Assembly (NCBI GenBank): GCA_905178155.1
Contig: CAJINV010000006.1
Span: forward strand, 2,644,658-2,708,657
Direction of reading: 5' to 3'
Origin: Amoebophrya sp. A120
Taxonomy: Eukaryota > Protista > Dinoflagellata
Length of the DNA stretch: 64,000 nt
In this document: piece after piece, positions 13,369-24,600 of the stretch
Layout of the letters: each line of letters opens with the position of its first letter
How positions within the stretch are numbered: the stretch's first letter is position 1
The notes under the pieces: model-generated
The model's input: only the letters and a program-made list of their open reading frames with translations
Told to the model about the DNA's origin: nothing
The model's database searches: none
Program-made: the position numbers and the translations under genes

Positions 13369-14920
13369 ATGTTGTCAGAAAGTGAAGATGATTTCGATGC
13401 CTCGATGGAGGCAGAGTTGGAAGCGCAGGCAGCAGACAACCTGCGGTCGGTCGATAGCATGAAAAAAGCCTTCGGAGAAAGGGTGGCAGCGAAAGCCATA
13501 CGAGACTGCGCAGCTAGCGGCACCAGGTTGCCAGCGCAGCTACTTGCGAGTGCAGGAGAGCTTCCTGCCAGTACGTTCACGCACGAGCAGTTGCAAGAAC
13601 GAGTACCGACGCCCACCAGTAAGGGAGTGATGATTTTGAACCAGGCACAGGCAGTGCAGATGAGCAACACGCTTTCCCAGTTACGGTTCAGCATACAGTA
13701 CAAAAACGGGGAGCCAGTGCTCGACAGCATCAGGTGTAGACGGAAAGATGATCCGTCTCAGCGCAGCAACGTGCTCGACGTCCCCAAGGACGTGTTTGTC
13801 AAGCAGATGGTGACGGCGCAAGCCAGTATCGACGCAGTGTTCAACGCCCGTACGGAGGCGGAGGGGCGGACAGCGCAGAGCAAGCTGGCTCTGGCGTTGG
13901 ATATCGCCAAGGACCCCATGTTACTACAGTCGGCGATGTCGGAGTTGGACCAGATGTCCTCCACAAAAAAAGCCGATGACAATCGTGCTTCACGGATTAG
14001 ACGGCATGAAAAAGTGGCGCAGAATCTCCCGCACCACCTGTGGTCGTATCCATCAGTGCGGGCGTTTGTGGGGACGAGTATGGCCGCCGGGTATGCAAGC
14101 ATACAACCGGCTGTGAAGGATGTTTTGGCGGACGAGCGCTGCAGGTTATCCGGTACAGAAAAAGAAAATGTGATGAAGGAGCTCTCTACACTGGTTCGTA
14201 GAGGCTTTCTAGGCAGGAAAAAGCAGAAGTCTCCCATGACGATAGTGCATATCTACCAAATGTGGGTGTGCAGTAAATTGTTGCATCAAGAGGCGGTGGC
14301 TCTGCTCTTGGCTTTTTATGCAGCATTGAGGAAAAGTGAAGCCTTTTTGCTGGACGTGAAGAACACAGGCGACACAGGTCTCATCTCTTTGCGATATGAT
14401 GTTAGTGGAGATTTGTTACTAAACTTTCAGGAAGCCTCTACCAAAGTTAACAAGTACGCCATGGTAAGGGTCGCTTGCATTTGTGAGCAGTTGAAGCGCA
14501 TCAAGTACCCGCCAGAGTTCTGTGTTTGCAAGTTCAAAAGTGTGTTGCCACATCTGTGCAGAGAAGACTTGGACATTGCTAAGATAATGAAGCGCACGTT
14601 TCCGCATGAAAAAGATGCCGCAAGCCATAGTTGGAGGATAGGAAGTGCTACGCATCTGTACCTGATGAAGATCGATCCAGTTCGTGTCATCGTGCATTGC
14701 CCTATGATGTGCAGCTCTTGCGATGCCAGCTTGAGGCTTTTGTGTGGAGATTGTGATGGAAAAATTGAAAAAATAAGAGTGCAGAAATGTGAAGCTAGCA
14801 GCGCAAGTGTGAAGCGTGATAGTGTGCTGGGCTAACATGCAAATGCTGATGTATTACATAAGATCTATCCCGTATGTGAGTCGGAGCATGTTTGTCCCTC
14901 TGAACTTCTGCGGCATTTAA
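13369..14920 (+). CDS. Tyrosine recombinase, join(13369..14701,14826..14920)
   Basis: Motifs LLLAFYAALRKSEA (catalytic R), STKVNK (K) and SHSWRIGSAT (HxxR). After removing 14702-14825 the C-terminus reads IVHCRWANMQMLMYYIR (W and catalytic Y), with stop at 14918-14920. Confidence 0.85.
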
Positions 14921-15241
14921 GGTTACGCAAAATGATGAAGTGCATGAAGATGTTGGCTTTTTGTTTAAGAGCATGTGAAGAGCATAGAAAAATAGGAATG
15001 CACAGCTTGCGTCAAGAAAGTCTCCACATCTGTCACCCGCGTGTTCAGCAAAATGCACAGTAAAGGTTCTGCCGGGGATCAAAGTGCCACGATTTCAAGT
15101 CACAGCGCGTCACTGGTTTTCGTTGCGTTACAGTTGAGCTTCAATTAAAAAAAAAAAAAACACACCCGTAGGAAAAGTCCGTTTACACCTCTGAGGATAT
15201 CAAAACTCTGTTGAAGTAGCTTTTAGCACTTCGTAAAAAAA

Positions 15242-16552
15242 ATGGCCAATGTCAACGTTAACCAACAGCAGCAGGTGGCTGCGGTTGCCCAGGGTGTGAT
15301 AGTTTTCTTTGTTGTTTGAGTTCATGCAGCCATGATGCATGCGTGTAGTATGTTTCTTTCAAAATGAGTAAGAGCTGATGAGAAGTCCATGTGACATGCA
15401 TGTTGCGTTTTCCGATATGGAAAAAATCACATCACAGCGGGTGCTGCCAACAGGGAGTTGACCGACTTCATTGTCGGACAAGACAATCAGATTGAGCAGA
15501 GTTTCCAGAACTTGTCGCTCGACGTCCCCGAGTTACGGCCCACCCAGGCCGACTTCACCAAGTGTGCCAAGGTCATCAACTCCCGTGCGTTGTGGGAAAG
15601 TGGTATAGATCATTAGTTGTGCATGCATAATTGGTATGCAAAGTTATTTGTGCAAGTGTAAAAACATGTGGCAATCATGGAAATGCAATTGGGCAAATCG
15701 TTCATTATCAGGTAAAACGATGAAGGAGTTCAAGAAGCTGCTGACTCAGGAGGATGGTACCGCCAAGGTCAACAAGGACCTCCCTTTCTCGGTCAACGCG
15801 TTGCTGGCGGCCATGGCGGCCAAGGTCCATAGGGACCGCGACCCCTTGATTACGGTCGACAGGCGTAGCCAGATCATCAGTCAGTTCATGTTGGCCAAGA
15901 CCACGATCTCCGAGGAGACCGCCATCAGGGCGCTGGGGACCATCGTCTACAAGACGGAGCAGTGGACCCCCGACAGTTCCCAGCCCGGCACTACCTTCGG
16001 AGGCCGTATGAGAACCTTTTTTGCCGAAAATCGTTTCAACAAGGTCTGGGGTGAAGAATTGCAGCGTTTGAAGAACCTGCGTGAGGCGTCGGCGGAGGCT
16101 ACGGCCGAAGCCCGCTCTTTGATCGCAGAGGAACGTGCCGCTATGCGGGAAGAAATGTCCAACCTCAGGGACTCGTATGGGCCCTATCAGAGTGGTGGAA
16201 AAAACAACAAAGGTAGGTATCAATGTGGTGTCATGAGACAGTCTTTGCAGTTGTTTTTCATGCATATGTTCAGACATGAAGTTGACACGGTAGTCATGCA
16301 TGTGTAGCGATTCCTTCAGGTAAGGGTAAAAACGGCAAAAAAGGCAAGAAGGGCAACGCCAAGTGGTGCCACGACTTTCTCAAGAACAAGGGTTCGTGCA
16401 AGTTCGGTAGCGAGTGCAGGTTTCGCCACGCGGCGGCGGGCGACATGAGCCAGAACGAGTGGAAGAACTTGCAGTCCGCGTTTAGCGACAAGCTCAAGGA
16501 CATTGAGTACGAGTCGTGGTGCAAGCCGGTGGCTGAGGCTGCCGCGGTGTGA
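15242..16552 (+). CDS. Gag-like protein with CCCH zinc finger, 4 exons
   Basis: GT-AG introns at 15294-15437, 15603-15711 and 16213-16319 give an open frame: MANVNVNQQQQ..ALWES|GKTMKEF..GGKNNK|GKGKNGKKGKKGNAKWCHDFLKNKGSCKFGSECRFRH (C-x9-C-x5-C-x3-H). Confidence 0.8.
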
Positions 16553-17352
16553 ATGTGATTCTTGCCTTTTATGAGTTTTTCAAATGTACAGCGCACAGCA
16601 GCTTCCGCTAATGTCGTTTCAAAAAATGAAAATAAAAATTAGAAAGTAATTAACTCTCCATGAGAGTACTTATACATGTTTTTTTCGGGCTGCTGTGCAC
16701 TGATTTGTTTATCAAAAATTCAATTTTCTGATTTTTTATCCAGTGACGTGACCTGGCAACAGTATAGTTTATGATGATTGACGTTGATTTGTCAATACTG
16801 GAAAATAAATGACAGAGCAAGTTGTTATCGTCATGCACAAACTTACTGTTGGAAATGCACAGCAACGGAAGATACATATTTGTTTTAAAAAATGTGAGCG
16901 CAAGTGCGAACTTGTAGTTGCAGCTAGGAGCTGCAGATATGTGTGTGTCCCCAGCAAGAAAGATTGCTGCCCATGTGGCCAAAGTGCAACGCAGTCGTCG
17001 TGAACGTCCTCAAGAGCGTCGGTTGCTGTGTACAAAGTAGCAGTCAAGCTTGGACGTCGGTTGTAACTGGAAGTCGTGTAGCTGGCCAGAGTCAAGGAAG
17101 CACTGTCGCAAATCGTTCAAAAGTCGCGCAAACGCAGCATTTGCAAGTCGTACGCATTGGGGGCAAAGAAGTAGTGTGCAAAGAATTGAAGTTACTCATA
17201 CAAAGTAGCAGCTAGTCATCGTTTATTTTCATCAAAGTGTAAGACTAAAGTAGATCATCACATGCCACTTGTTTCACATGCAAAGACTGAGTGCGTTGGT
17301 ACACAGAGTAGAGCTGAAGTGAAGTCGCCGAGTCTTTCTACGTCTGATTTGA

Positions 17353-19707
17353 TTGAAATCGATACTCACGTCACTTGAGGAAAAAGAAAACAGTATGCCG
17401 CTGCCCACGGCACTCGATGTTCATAAGGTTATGAAAAGGGTGGAGTTCGACATGCTGCGCGAACACCCCTTTGATGTGGCCCAACAACTGCCCGACCCGG
17501 CGCAGATGTCGGAAGACAAAATAAAGCGTGCACATGCGGAGATGAAGAGGTGGCACGAAGAAACGGCGTCGAGATCAGCAGACCTTTTCTCGCAGATCGA
17601 CAGCAGGATCAACAAGCCCAAGACTTGTCAGAAGCTTGGCTTGTGGGAGCTCTTGGGGCAGAGATACCACGGCAGCGATCCCTGTGCGTGGCGCGTGTGG
17701 CTTCATGGCCTCTCCATGATTGGAGAGTGCCAGGTGGATCCGACATGGAGTCCGAGAGCAAGGAAGGACCGCATGTGCGACGACCCCAGCGCTTTTAAAC
17801 CCAGTAAAATCGTCGCCAAAGTGCTAGAAGGAGCGCATGCAAAACCGGCGTGGTCGGAAGACGATATTCGTCTCGTCTGGGAGAAGTCCGTCAAAGAGAC
17901 GGCGGTGGTGCCCGAGCTGGGATACGCGCTCTTAGAAGGCCCACCTGAAGTTCCAGATGATATCCGCGCCAACAAGTCTGCGCGAGAAGCCATTTATTAT
18001 GGCATGCGGAGACTTCCACGGCACCAGGCGAAAAAAGTCCGGCTGATAGACCCGGCGTGCAGTGCGAGCCAGTGTTCGCCACTGCCGTGTCGAGTGCCAA
18101 TACCGTCGGCACTCGACGTTTTGGCGAACGCGGCAGTGGCGCGCGACCCCTCCTGCGCTGGTAAAAAGATTGCCCGACACAATCGCAAAGTACTGCAGAG
18201 GAGCAGGAAGCAGGAAAAGCAGTATGAGAAAGAATTTCTCAGATACGTGTCCGGACAGCAGGAGAAGCTCAGTGAGGAGTTGTTAAAACCAGGAGCAAAG
18301 CAGCCGGCGTTTGCGGATAAGGCGGCGTTCGCCAGCGTGGACGAGGAAATGTCGAACAGGAAATTCCGGCGTGCCATGAATGTTGTAAAAAACGAGCTCG
18401 ACGTCGTTTTGCTCGACATTGCGAAGTGTTACAGCAACATGATGGTGAAGCCGGAACATCGTTGTTACAACACCATCCTCGTCTTCCACCCCGAGCTGCG
18501 GAAATATTTTTACTTCGTGGGAGTGTCTGCCATCTTTGGCAGCAGACACTCCGTCACGGGCTGGCGCAGGCCGGGGAAACTGCTGCGGAGTGTGCTCAGG
18601 AAGCACTACGGGATCAACTCGGAGGATTATGTGGATGATTTCCCGAATTTTGTGTTGCGAGGATTAGGCGAGTTGGTCCGCGATGTGCTCCTGGAACTGC
18701 TGCAGATGTTGGGATTGCCGGCGATGACGGACAAAATCAACGTGGGCGTGTTTTTAGAAATATTGGGATTGCTTTTTGATGTCAGAGGAGATCATCCTAC
18801 TGCGCAGCTGACCGAGCAAAAGAAGATGCAAATTGTGCAGGTTTGTGATGTTGCGATAAACGCGTTGATTTTGGACATGACCACCGCCGACGCGTTGCTA
18901 GGCCGATTGACCTTCTCCTTGGCTGCGGTGGCAGATAGGTCTTTAAACCCGATCATGAAGCCGTTAAGGCTGCATCTGGCACGGGAAGAAATCGCGGCGT
19001 GTGAAGATGTGAAGAACGCGTTGTACGCCATCAGGCATGTGATGAGCTTGCCGCTCAAGCGCAGTGTGCAGTTTGAAGATGCGACTTCGAGCAGCCTGCT
19101 GCTCTACACCGACGCACAGTGGAGCGATCGGAAGGGAGTCTTGGCGGCGGTCCTGGTGAAAGATGGGCGGTTCAGGTGTGTCCGACAGCAGTGTACAGCA
19201 GCACAACTACACTCCTCCTACCGCCTGTACCCGATCAATGTGTTGGAAACAGCTGTTGCCTCCCTGGCATTGCGGTACTTTTTCAAGGAGCTGCAGGGGA
19301 GGAGGTTTGATCACGCCATAGATAATACTTGTGCTCAGCAAAATTTGTTAGCACAAGGCAAAAGTAGCAAGGAGCAAAAGTGGGTGTTCACACGGCTTAC
19401 AGCGGAATTTTGGTCGATTGCGGCGGAAGGTGATATGAAGCCGTGGAACACCCGCGTCCCTACGCACTTCAATCTTGCTGATTATCCTACCAGGGACGAA
19501 AAAGTGTCGATTTTGTTGAAGCTGTTTCCGAATTTATTTGATGAAATTGTTGATGGCTTTGGGATGGATGATTATTATAAAAAACTGTTAGTAGTTGATG
19601 TGTCCCCAGGCGTGTCACACTTGGCCGATGCCTTGGCAGCCTGGCAAGTAATGCAAGAAGAAGGTCGTACTGGTGATCGCTCTTCAGATGAAGAAGTGGA
19701 TTTCTAG
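17353..19707 (+). CDS. Reverse transcriptase / RNase H (DIRS-type pol)
   Basis: RT motifs LLDIAKCY, AIFGSRHS and YVDD; RNase H motifs LYTDA, INVLE, IDNT and NLADYPTR. The true start is uncertain (first ATG 17395; possible upstream exons from about 16809). Confidence 0.92.
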   Translation: MKSILTSLEEKENSMPLPTALDVHKVMKRVEFDMLREHPFDVAQQLPDPAQMSEDKIKRAHAEMKRWHEETASRSADLFSQIDSRINKPKTCQKLGLWELLGQRYHGSDPCAWRVWLHGLSMIGECQVDPTWSPRARKDRMCDDPSAFKPSKIVAKVLEGAHAKPAWSEDDIRLVWEKSVKETAVVPELGYALLEGPPEVPDDIRANKSAREAIYYGMRRLPRHQAKKVRLIDPACSASQCSPLPCRVPIPSALDVLANAAVARDPSCAGKKIARHNRKVLQRSRKQEKQYEKEFLRYVSGQQEKLSEELLKPGAKQPAFADKAAFASVDEEMSNRKFRRAMNVVKNELDVVLLDIAKCYSNMMVKPEHRCYNTILVFHPELRKYFYFVGVSAIFGSRHSVTGWRRPGKLLRSVLRKHYGINSEDYVDDFPNFVLRGLGELVRDVLLELLQMLGLPAMTDKINVGVFLEILGLLFDVRGDHPTAQLTEQKKMQIVQVCDVAINALILDMTTADALLGRLTFSLAAVADRSLNPIMKPLRLHLAREEIAACEDVKNALYAIRHVMSLPLKRSVQFEDATSSSLLLYTDAQWSDRKGVLAAVLVKDGRFRCVRQQCTAAQLHSSYRLYPINVLETAVASLALRYFFKELQGRRFDHAIDNTCAQQNLLAQGKSSKEQKWVFTRLTAEFWSIAAEGDMKPWNTRVPTHFNLADYPTRDEKVSILLKLFPNLFDEIVDGFGMDDYYKKLLVVDVSPGVSHLADALAAWQVMQEEGRTGDRSSDEEVDF

Positions 19708-20006
19708 ACATTGGGTCGCGACATGTACATTAGTATTTTTGTGTAGAGTCTATTAAAAAAAAATGTGTGCAGTTACAAGTGCTGACAGCACGATGTGCAG
19801 ACAGGTGTGCAGTACGTAGCAGCATCAGCAGCTGCAGCTCGAGTGATCTCTGTTCGTGTGGTTCGGTGTGGTGATACGGAGGTGGACTATAGAGTGCCGA
19901 TAGTCAGGTTTTCTGGTTCTATCGCGGCGCTCACTCAGATCTCGTTCCCGCAGAAGGGATAGCTTCGTTAGCTTTCAGGCGTTTGTGCAGAGAGGGTGTG
20001 CAGAGC

Positions 20007-20178
20007 GGCCCTCCCCCGTGGTGTTTGGATTCGACGTGCGAAACGCCTTCCGGTCTGCGTTGCGAAGCTGGTATCCCGTCGGCGGGCTCGACGATCGTTT
20101 CTCGCGTGGCCAGTAGTCCACATTCGTGTCATCACATCAATGTAAATGTACACCAAGCTAGACATGCAAGAAATAAAG
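20007..20178 (+). repeat. Split direct repeat B2 (right terminus)
   Basis: Copy of 12987-13158. Confidence 0.95.
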
Positions 20179-21633
20179 TTTTTGAGTTTTTGTATAGACT
20201 GAAACTTGTGAAGAAACGCAAGAAGATTGGAGAGATGTGGTGTGTCGGTTTGTATATATTAGGATTTTCTTTGGATCTGGAAGAGCAGACAGGATATCAC
20301 TGGGAAAAATGCATCCCATTTGTGGAAAATTTAAAAAATGAAAAGGCTGATTTTTTCAAAATATGGTGACGCGCCTTTAGTGTTGCATAGAAGGTGTCTG
20401 CTATGAGTGAAGGTCATACAGTTATGCACTTTTGTTCCATTTGTACACCCCGTTCACGCTGATTCCGACAAATTTTTGCGACTTTGACAAAAATGGAAAA
20501 AATGGACATTGTCAGTTTTCCCAGTTCTGGCCACAAAGCCTGTTAGACAGGAAATATATACTGTTGTGGAGCGGTTTCTCTATCGCTTTCCGTCGCCGCG
20601 CGATCCGCTAACACCGATGGCGCACGCCTTTGCTTAGGCCTGATTTCGAAAATTCTAGAAGAGCTCCAGTGTGATTTTGCCCTTCTATACTGGCCGCACC
20701 TTGGGGCGCGACGCAAATGGCTTTGTGGGGCGCTCTTCCCATGTTCCAGCGACCTCTTTCCATCGGCGGGAATCGAATAGACACGCCGCGGCGACGATCG
20801 GCTGCATTCTCGAAGCCCCTAATTAGTAAGGAAGGACGCCACCGCAGCTGTTGCGGAACCGCATGCGCCCGCCGCTGGGCAAACGAGTGGCAGGGGCATG
20901 CCGATCCGTAGCCCGTGCCGCGAGTTTTCCTTCCTGACGGACTTGATCGCCCATGCCGTTCTCGCCGTTGTGAGCGCGTGTGCGTTCGAGCAGTAGCAGG
21001 CGCAAGGCACTGTCCGTCCGGTTGTTGGGAGCCTCCGTTGTATGGTATAGCCTTGCCGGCCGTGCGCTATACGAACCTTCTATTTCTACAGCTGAGTATC
21101 TACCTTGCGTCACCAGCAGCTCGGGCTCACGACTGGTAAAAGCAGCATACTAGCAGTGCATTGCGAGAGCAATCCTTGATGCGGTCCGAAGTGATTGCGG
21201 AGTTAAATGCTTCCTCCGAATAAATTGCTGCACATAATTTTTGCGTCGTTTTTGAAAACAAACCAGAGGCGCGCCATGGGCGTGCCAGGGAAAAAAATCT
21301 GCGCATCGGAGTATCTGTTCAGGCATGCTCTTCGCAATGAAGAGAGTGGATCACTTCACAACTACCTGTCGGTTTTTTCGTTAACTGTCGTTGCAAAATT
21401 GAGCACGATAATACGAAGGAACGCTATTGAAGAAGATGAATGTCTCGACTGCGCCGTTCTTGTTCGTATAAAAGTTCTACTGCTCCTCAAGTACAGCTGC
21501 TTTCGGTTAATATGGCGAAGCCCACCACTTTGCTGCTCCGCTTACGCCCTCGGTAGGAGGGTTTCGCTCGGGATAGAGAAAGGATTTATTCGGCGGCGCA
21601 ACTTATAAAGACAGCCGGAGATTGATCAAGATC

Positions 21634-24600
21634 ATGCTCTACCTTTCCTTCGTGGTGTTCCCCTGCGTGTTTGTTTATCTCAGCCTGCACACCGGCGGCC
21701 GGCGCTTCTTTTACGGAGTGCTACGGAACAGGGAAAGCAAGCCGGCGCGTGCTGGAGGAGTGGCACAACTATCGGGTTCTTCGACCTCGTGGTTTGGAAA
21801 GAACGGTAGAAAACCAGGAGATCAATATGGAGAATCTACTCACAATGATGCTCGGAAACAAAGAACAACTTCCTCCGCCGGCCTGTACCGAAGCATTTCG
21901 AGGCGATCGTCTCACTCAATCGACGCAACCGGAGGGGCAACAGCAGCAGCAGCAGGCGCGTCCGGGGGAAATCACCAAGGCTCTCTCTCGCCGACGACGT
22001 CCTCAGGCGGTAAGAATTCGTATGACGTCCTCGCAGGAGGAGGAACGGCAACGCAACCCGGCTCCGCGCGACCGGCCGAGCTCCCGGTTTCGACCATTGA
22101 CGAGAAGTATGCAGGCCGGCTGACGCTGATGCCGTATCAATTGCAAATATCTCTGGGTCTGGAAGATTCTGGGACTTGTCATGCACGTTTTGCATGAGCC
22201 ACGGCGTCGGTGATGCATGCCGTAGCGTCACAGATTTTCTGAGGGGGTCTTGATGCCTATTCCGCATGACAAGTGCGCTCTCCGCGTAGCAAAATTTACA
22301 GTCCCTTTGCTGCTCATGCAAGACAAATTTTTTTGGAATCCAGGTGCAGCATCAGCATCACAAGTTGCATTCTTCCAGACCCAGACATATTTGCACTTGA
22401 TATGCCGGTCGTGGATGCGAATTTTGCGGGGAAAAACTTCATCCAGCTGTACAGCATTCAGTGCTACGCAAGAAAACACGGCTACAAGTTCGAACTGCTC
22501 AACCTCAATTCGCAACGGTTCGCGGACTGCAACGCGGCCTACCCCAATGATTTTTTCTTTCGCAAACACTGCGCGGTCGCGCAAGTGCTGAAGGCCCGAC
22601 AGACGGGCGGCGGGAGCAATAGTAGGGCCGGCGCGTCGGGGGTGGTTCGGAATGGGAACAGTGATCATGGTGGTGACAAAGACTCCCGGCGGCGGCTCAA
22701 CAGCGCGGTGCCAGCAGCCGGGCCCGGGCCGGAATACTATTTCGTGGTGGATAGCGACATGGCGGTTGCGGGTTTGGAGCAGAGTTTTATCGCAGGTGAA
22801 AAATTGTTGTCGAGTTCTAGCATCGATTAGAAGGAGTCACCAGATTTATTGTTGTGTGGTCGTTCGTAGTTCTATGTGAACATCAGAGACGGCGACTTCA
22901 TTCTGTCTCTACTTGTTGCGCACGACGTCAGCCTGCTGTGTGGCTGCAGCAATCGCAATAAATTCGGCGTGCATGGCCTAAAATTTGTTTCGCATTTTGA
23001 AAAATACGAGAGGCAAATCCCACGTTTAAAAACGTGTATCCAGAGCTGTACTCATTTTTCCAAGCGAGAAGCCTGGCGCCCTGGCTAGACGGAAATCCAT
23101 ATGAATTGCAAAAGCATCGTACTAGTACTAATAAATTGCATTACAAATTACCTCAGCATTAGGAATGGAATGTGTCATGCTGTTTTACCTTGGGATGAAG
23201 ATTTGTAATGCATAATTGCAATTACTACGAGCGCGATGCTTTTGCACTGGAAAATCCAGCGGACTTGACGTTTTACGAACGAAGTTGGAACTTTGAGGTA
23301 TATGCAACATTTGATTATTTTTGTCATGCTGTTGCTCATGCCAAAACCAAAAGTGAAAATCAGTGTCAACAGGTCTATACTTTGTCTTGATCGTCCTAGA
23401 CACACAACACCGATCGGATCCTTCGCCGTGGTTCAACTCGGGTTCTGCAAAAAATTTAGAGCTGCATTCAAATTCTATCAGGTTATGGCCGGGAATTACA
23501 TCGTTAAAAACACGCCGTTTGCGACCCAGTTTTTAGAAAACTGGGCGAAATTCTACCACCGCCGGCCTCCGGGGTTTTCGTCTTCGGACCAGGGTGCGTA
23601 TCGTATTTAAAAACACTCCCACCCCGTAGTTGTAATGCAAATCTGCATGCTGAGATTGTCCCTCATGCGGAGCCCCAAGATGAGAAGCATTTTCTATTTG
23701 CGTTTTGAAATTTGTAATGCTCCAATCAGCATGGTATACTGGATCTGTGATGCTGCTGAACTACCTCACTCAGCACTACACTAGGAGTCCAAATTTGTCA
23801 TGCAAAACAGCCAAAGCATGTGGATTACTCTAGCCGATTCCCCGTCTTGACTATGGGATCGTGGGGACGTTTTTCCACAGGATAGTGCGATACACCAACT
23901 TCTCGCGGAGGCACTCTGGCTATCCTGTGCAAAAATCCCTGGACGTCTGGAAGGTTGGAACTTGTGATGCTGGCTTTCCATTCCTACGAAATCTGTATTG
24001 CATAACCAACAAAAGTCGCAGCCTCTTTTGGACATGCAAAAACCACGCAGCTTTTCATACGGATTGCCTATGAGAAAGCGCTCTGGAAAGTTGTCATGCT
24101 AGGTTGCGTTCGAAAAACTGTTTCCATCATCCACATTTTAGCATCACAAGTTTCCAGACCCAGACATATTTGCATATGACACTGGCTAAAGGGACGGCAG
24201 AAGTGCGACGACATGTACAAGCACTTGACCGCGTCTGTGATGGTATCGAAGGCAAATTTGTCTGGGTCTGGATGAAGGCCCTTGTTTGTCATGCATCTTC
24301 TGCATTATGCAAATGGTCTGTAATGCACGCAAAAGCATTACAGGTTTATTTGCGGCGGCTTTCTGATACCGATCCTGCATCAGAAATTCCAATTCCCAAT
24401 TTGAGTAGCACGAAGTAGGCAGCTTTATTTGGCGATCATGCAATACAAAGTTTTGCCTATTACATAATCCGCATCACAAGTTCCAACCTTCCAGACCCAG
24501 ACTACGTATTTGCAATGCATAGATGGATTTGAAACCGTATTTCCGGTTCGTCAGCTGCGTGAAGCAGCTCCTTATGCATTGCAAAAGTATCGTACTCGTA

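Larger units (their letters stand above)
12174..20178 (+). mobile_element. Tyrosine-recombinase retrotransposon (DIRS order, split-direct-repeat type)
   Basis: Split direct repeats A1/B1/A2...B2 bound YR, gag-like (CCCH) and RT/RNase H genes. No target-site duplication is seen. Confidence 0.9.

Noticed and set aside
13339-14835. 498-aa YR ORF as given in the track
   Set aside because: The GTG start lies in repeat A2 (ATG is at 13369), and the C-terminal 44 aa read through an intron and lack the catalytic Tyr.
13369-14920. The YR as the enzyme mobilising the TAT..ATA elements
   Set aside because: It belongs to a self-contained split-repeat retroelement that made no target duplication. Variable 5-bp duplications fit DDE chemistry better. 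Proximity alone is not evidence.
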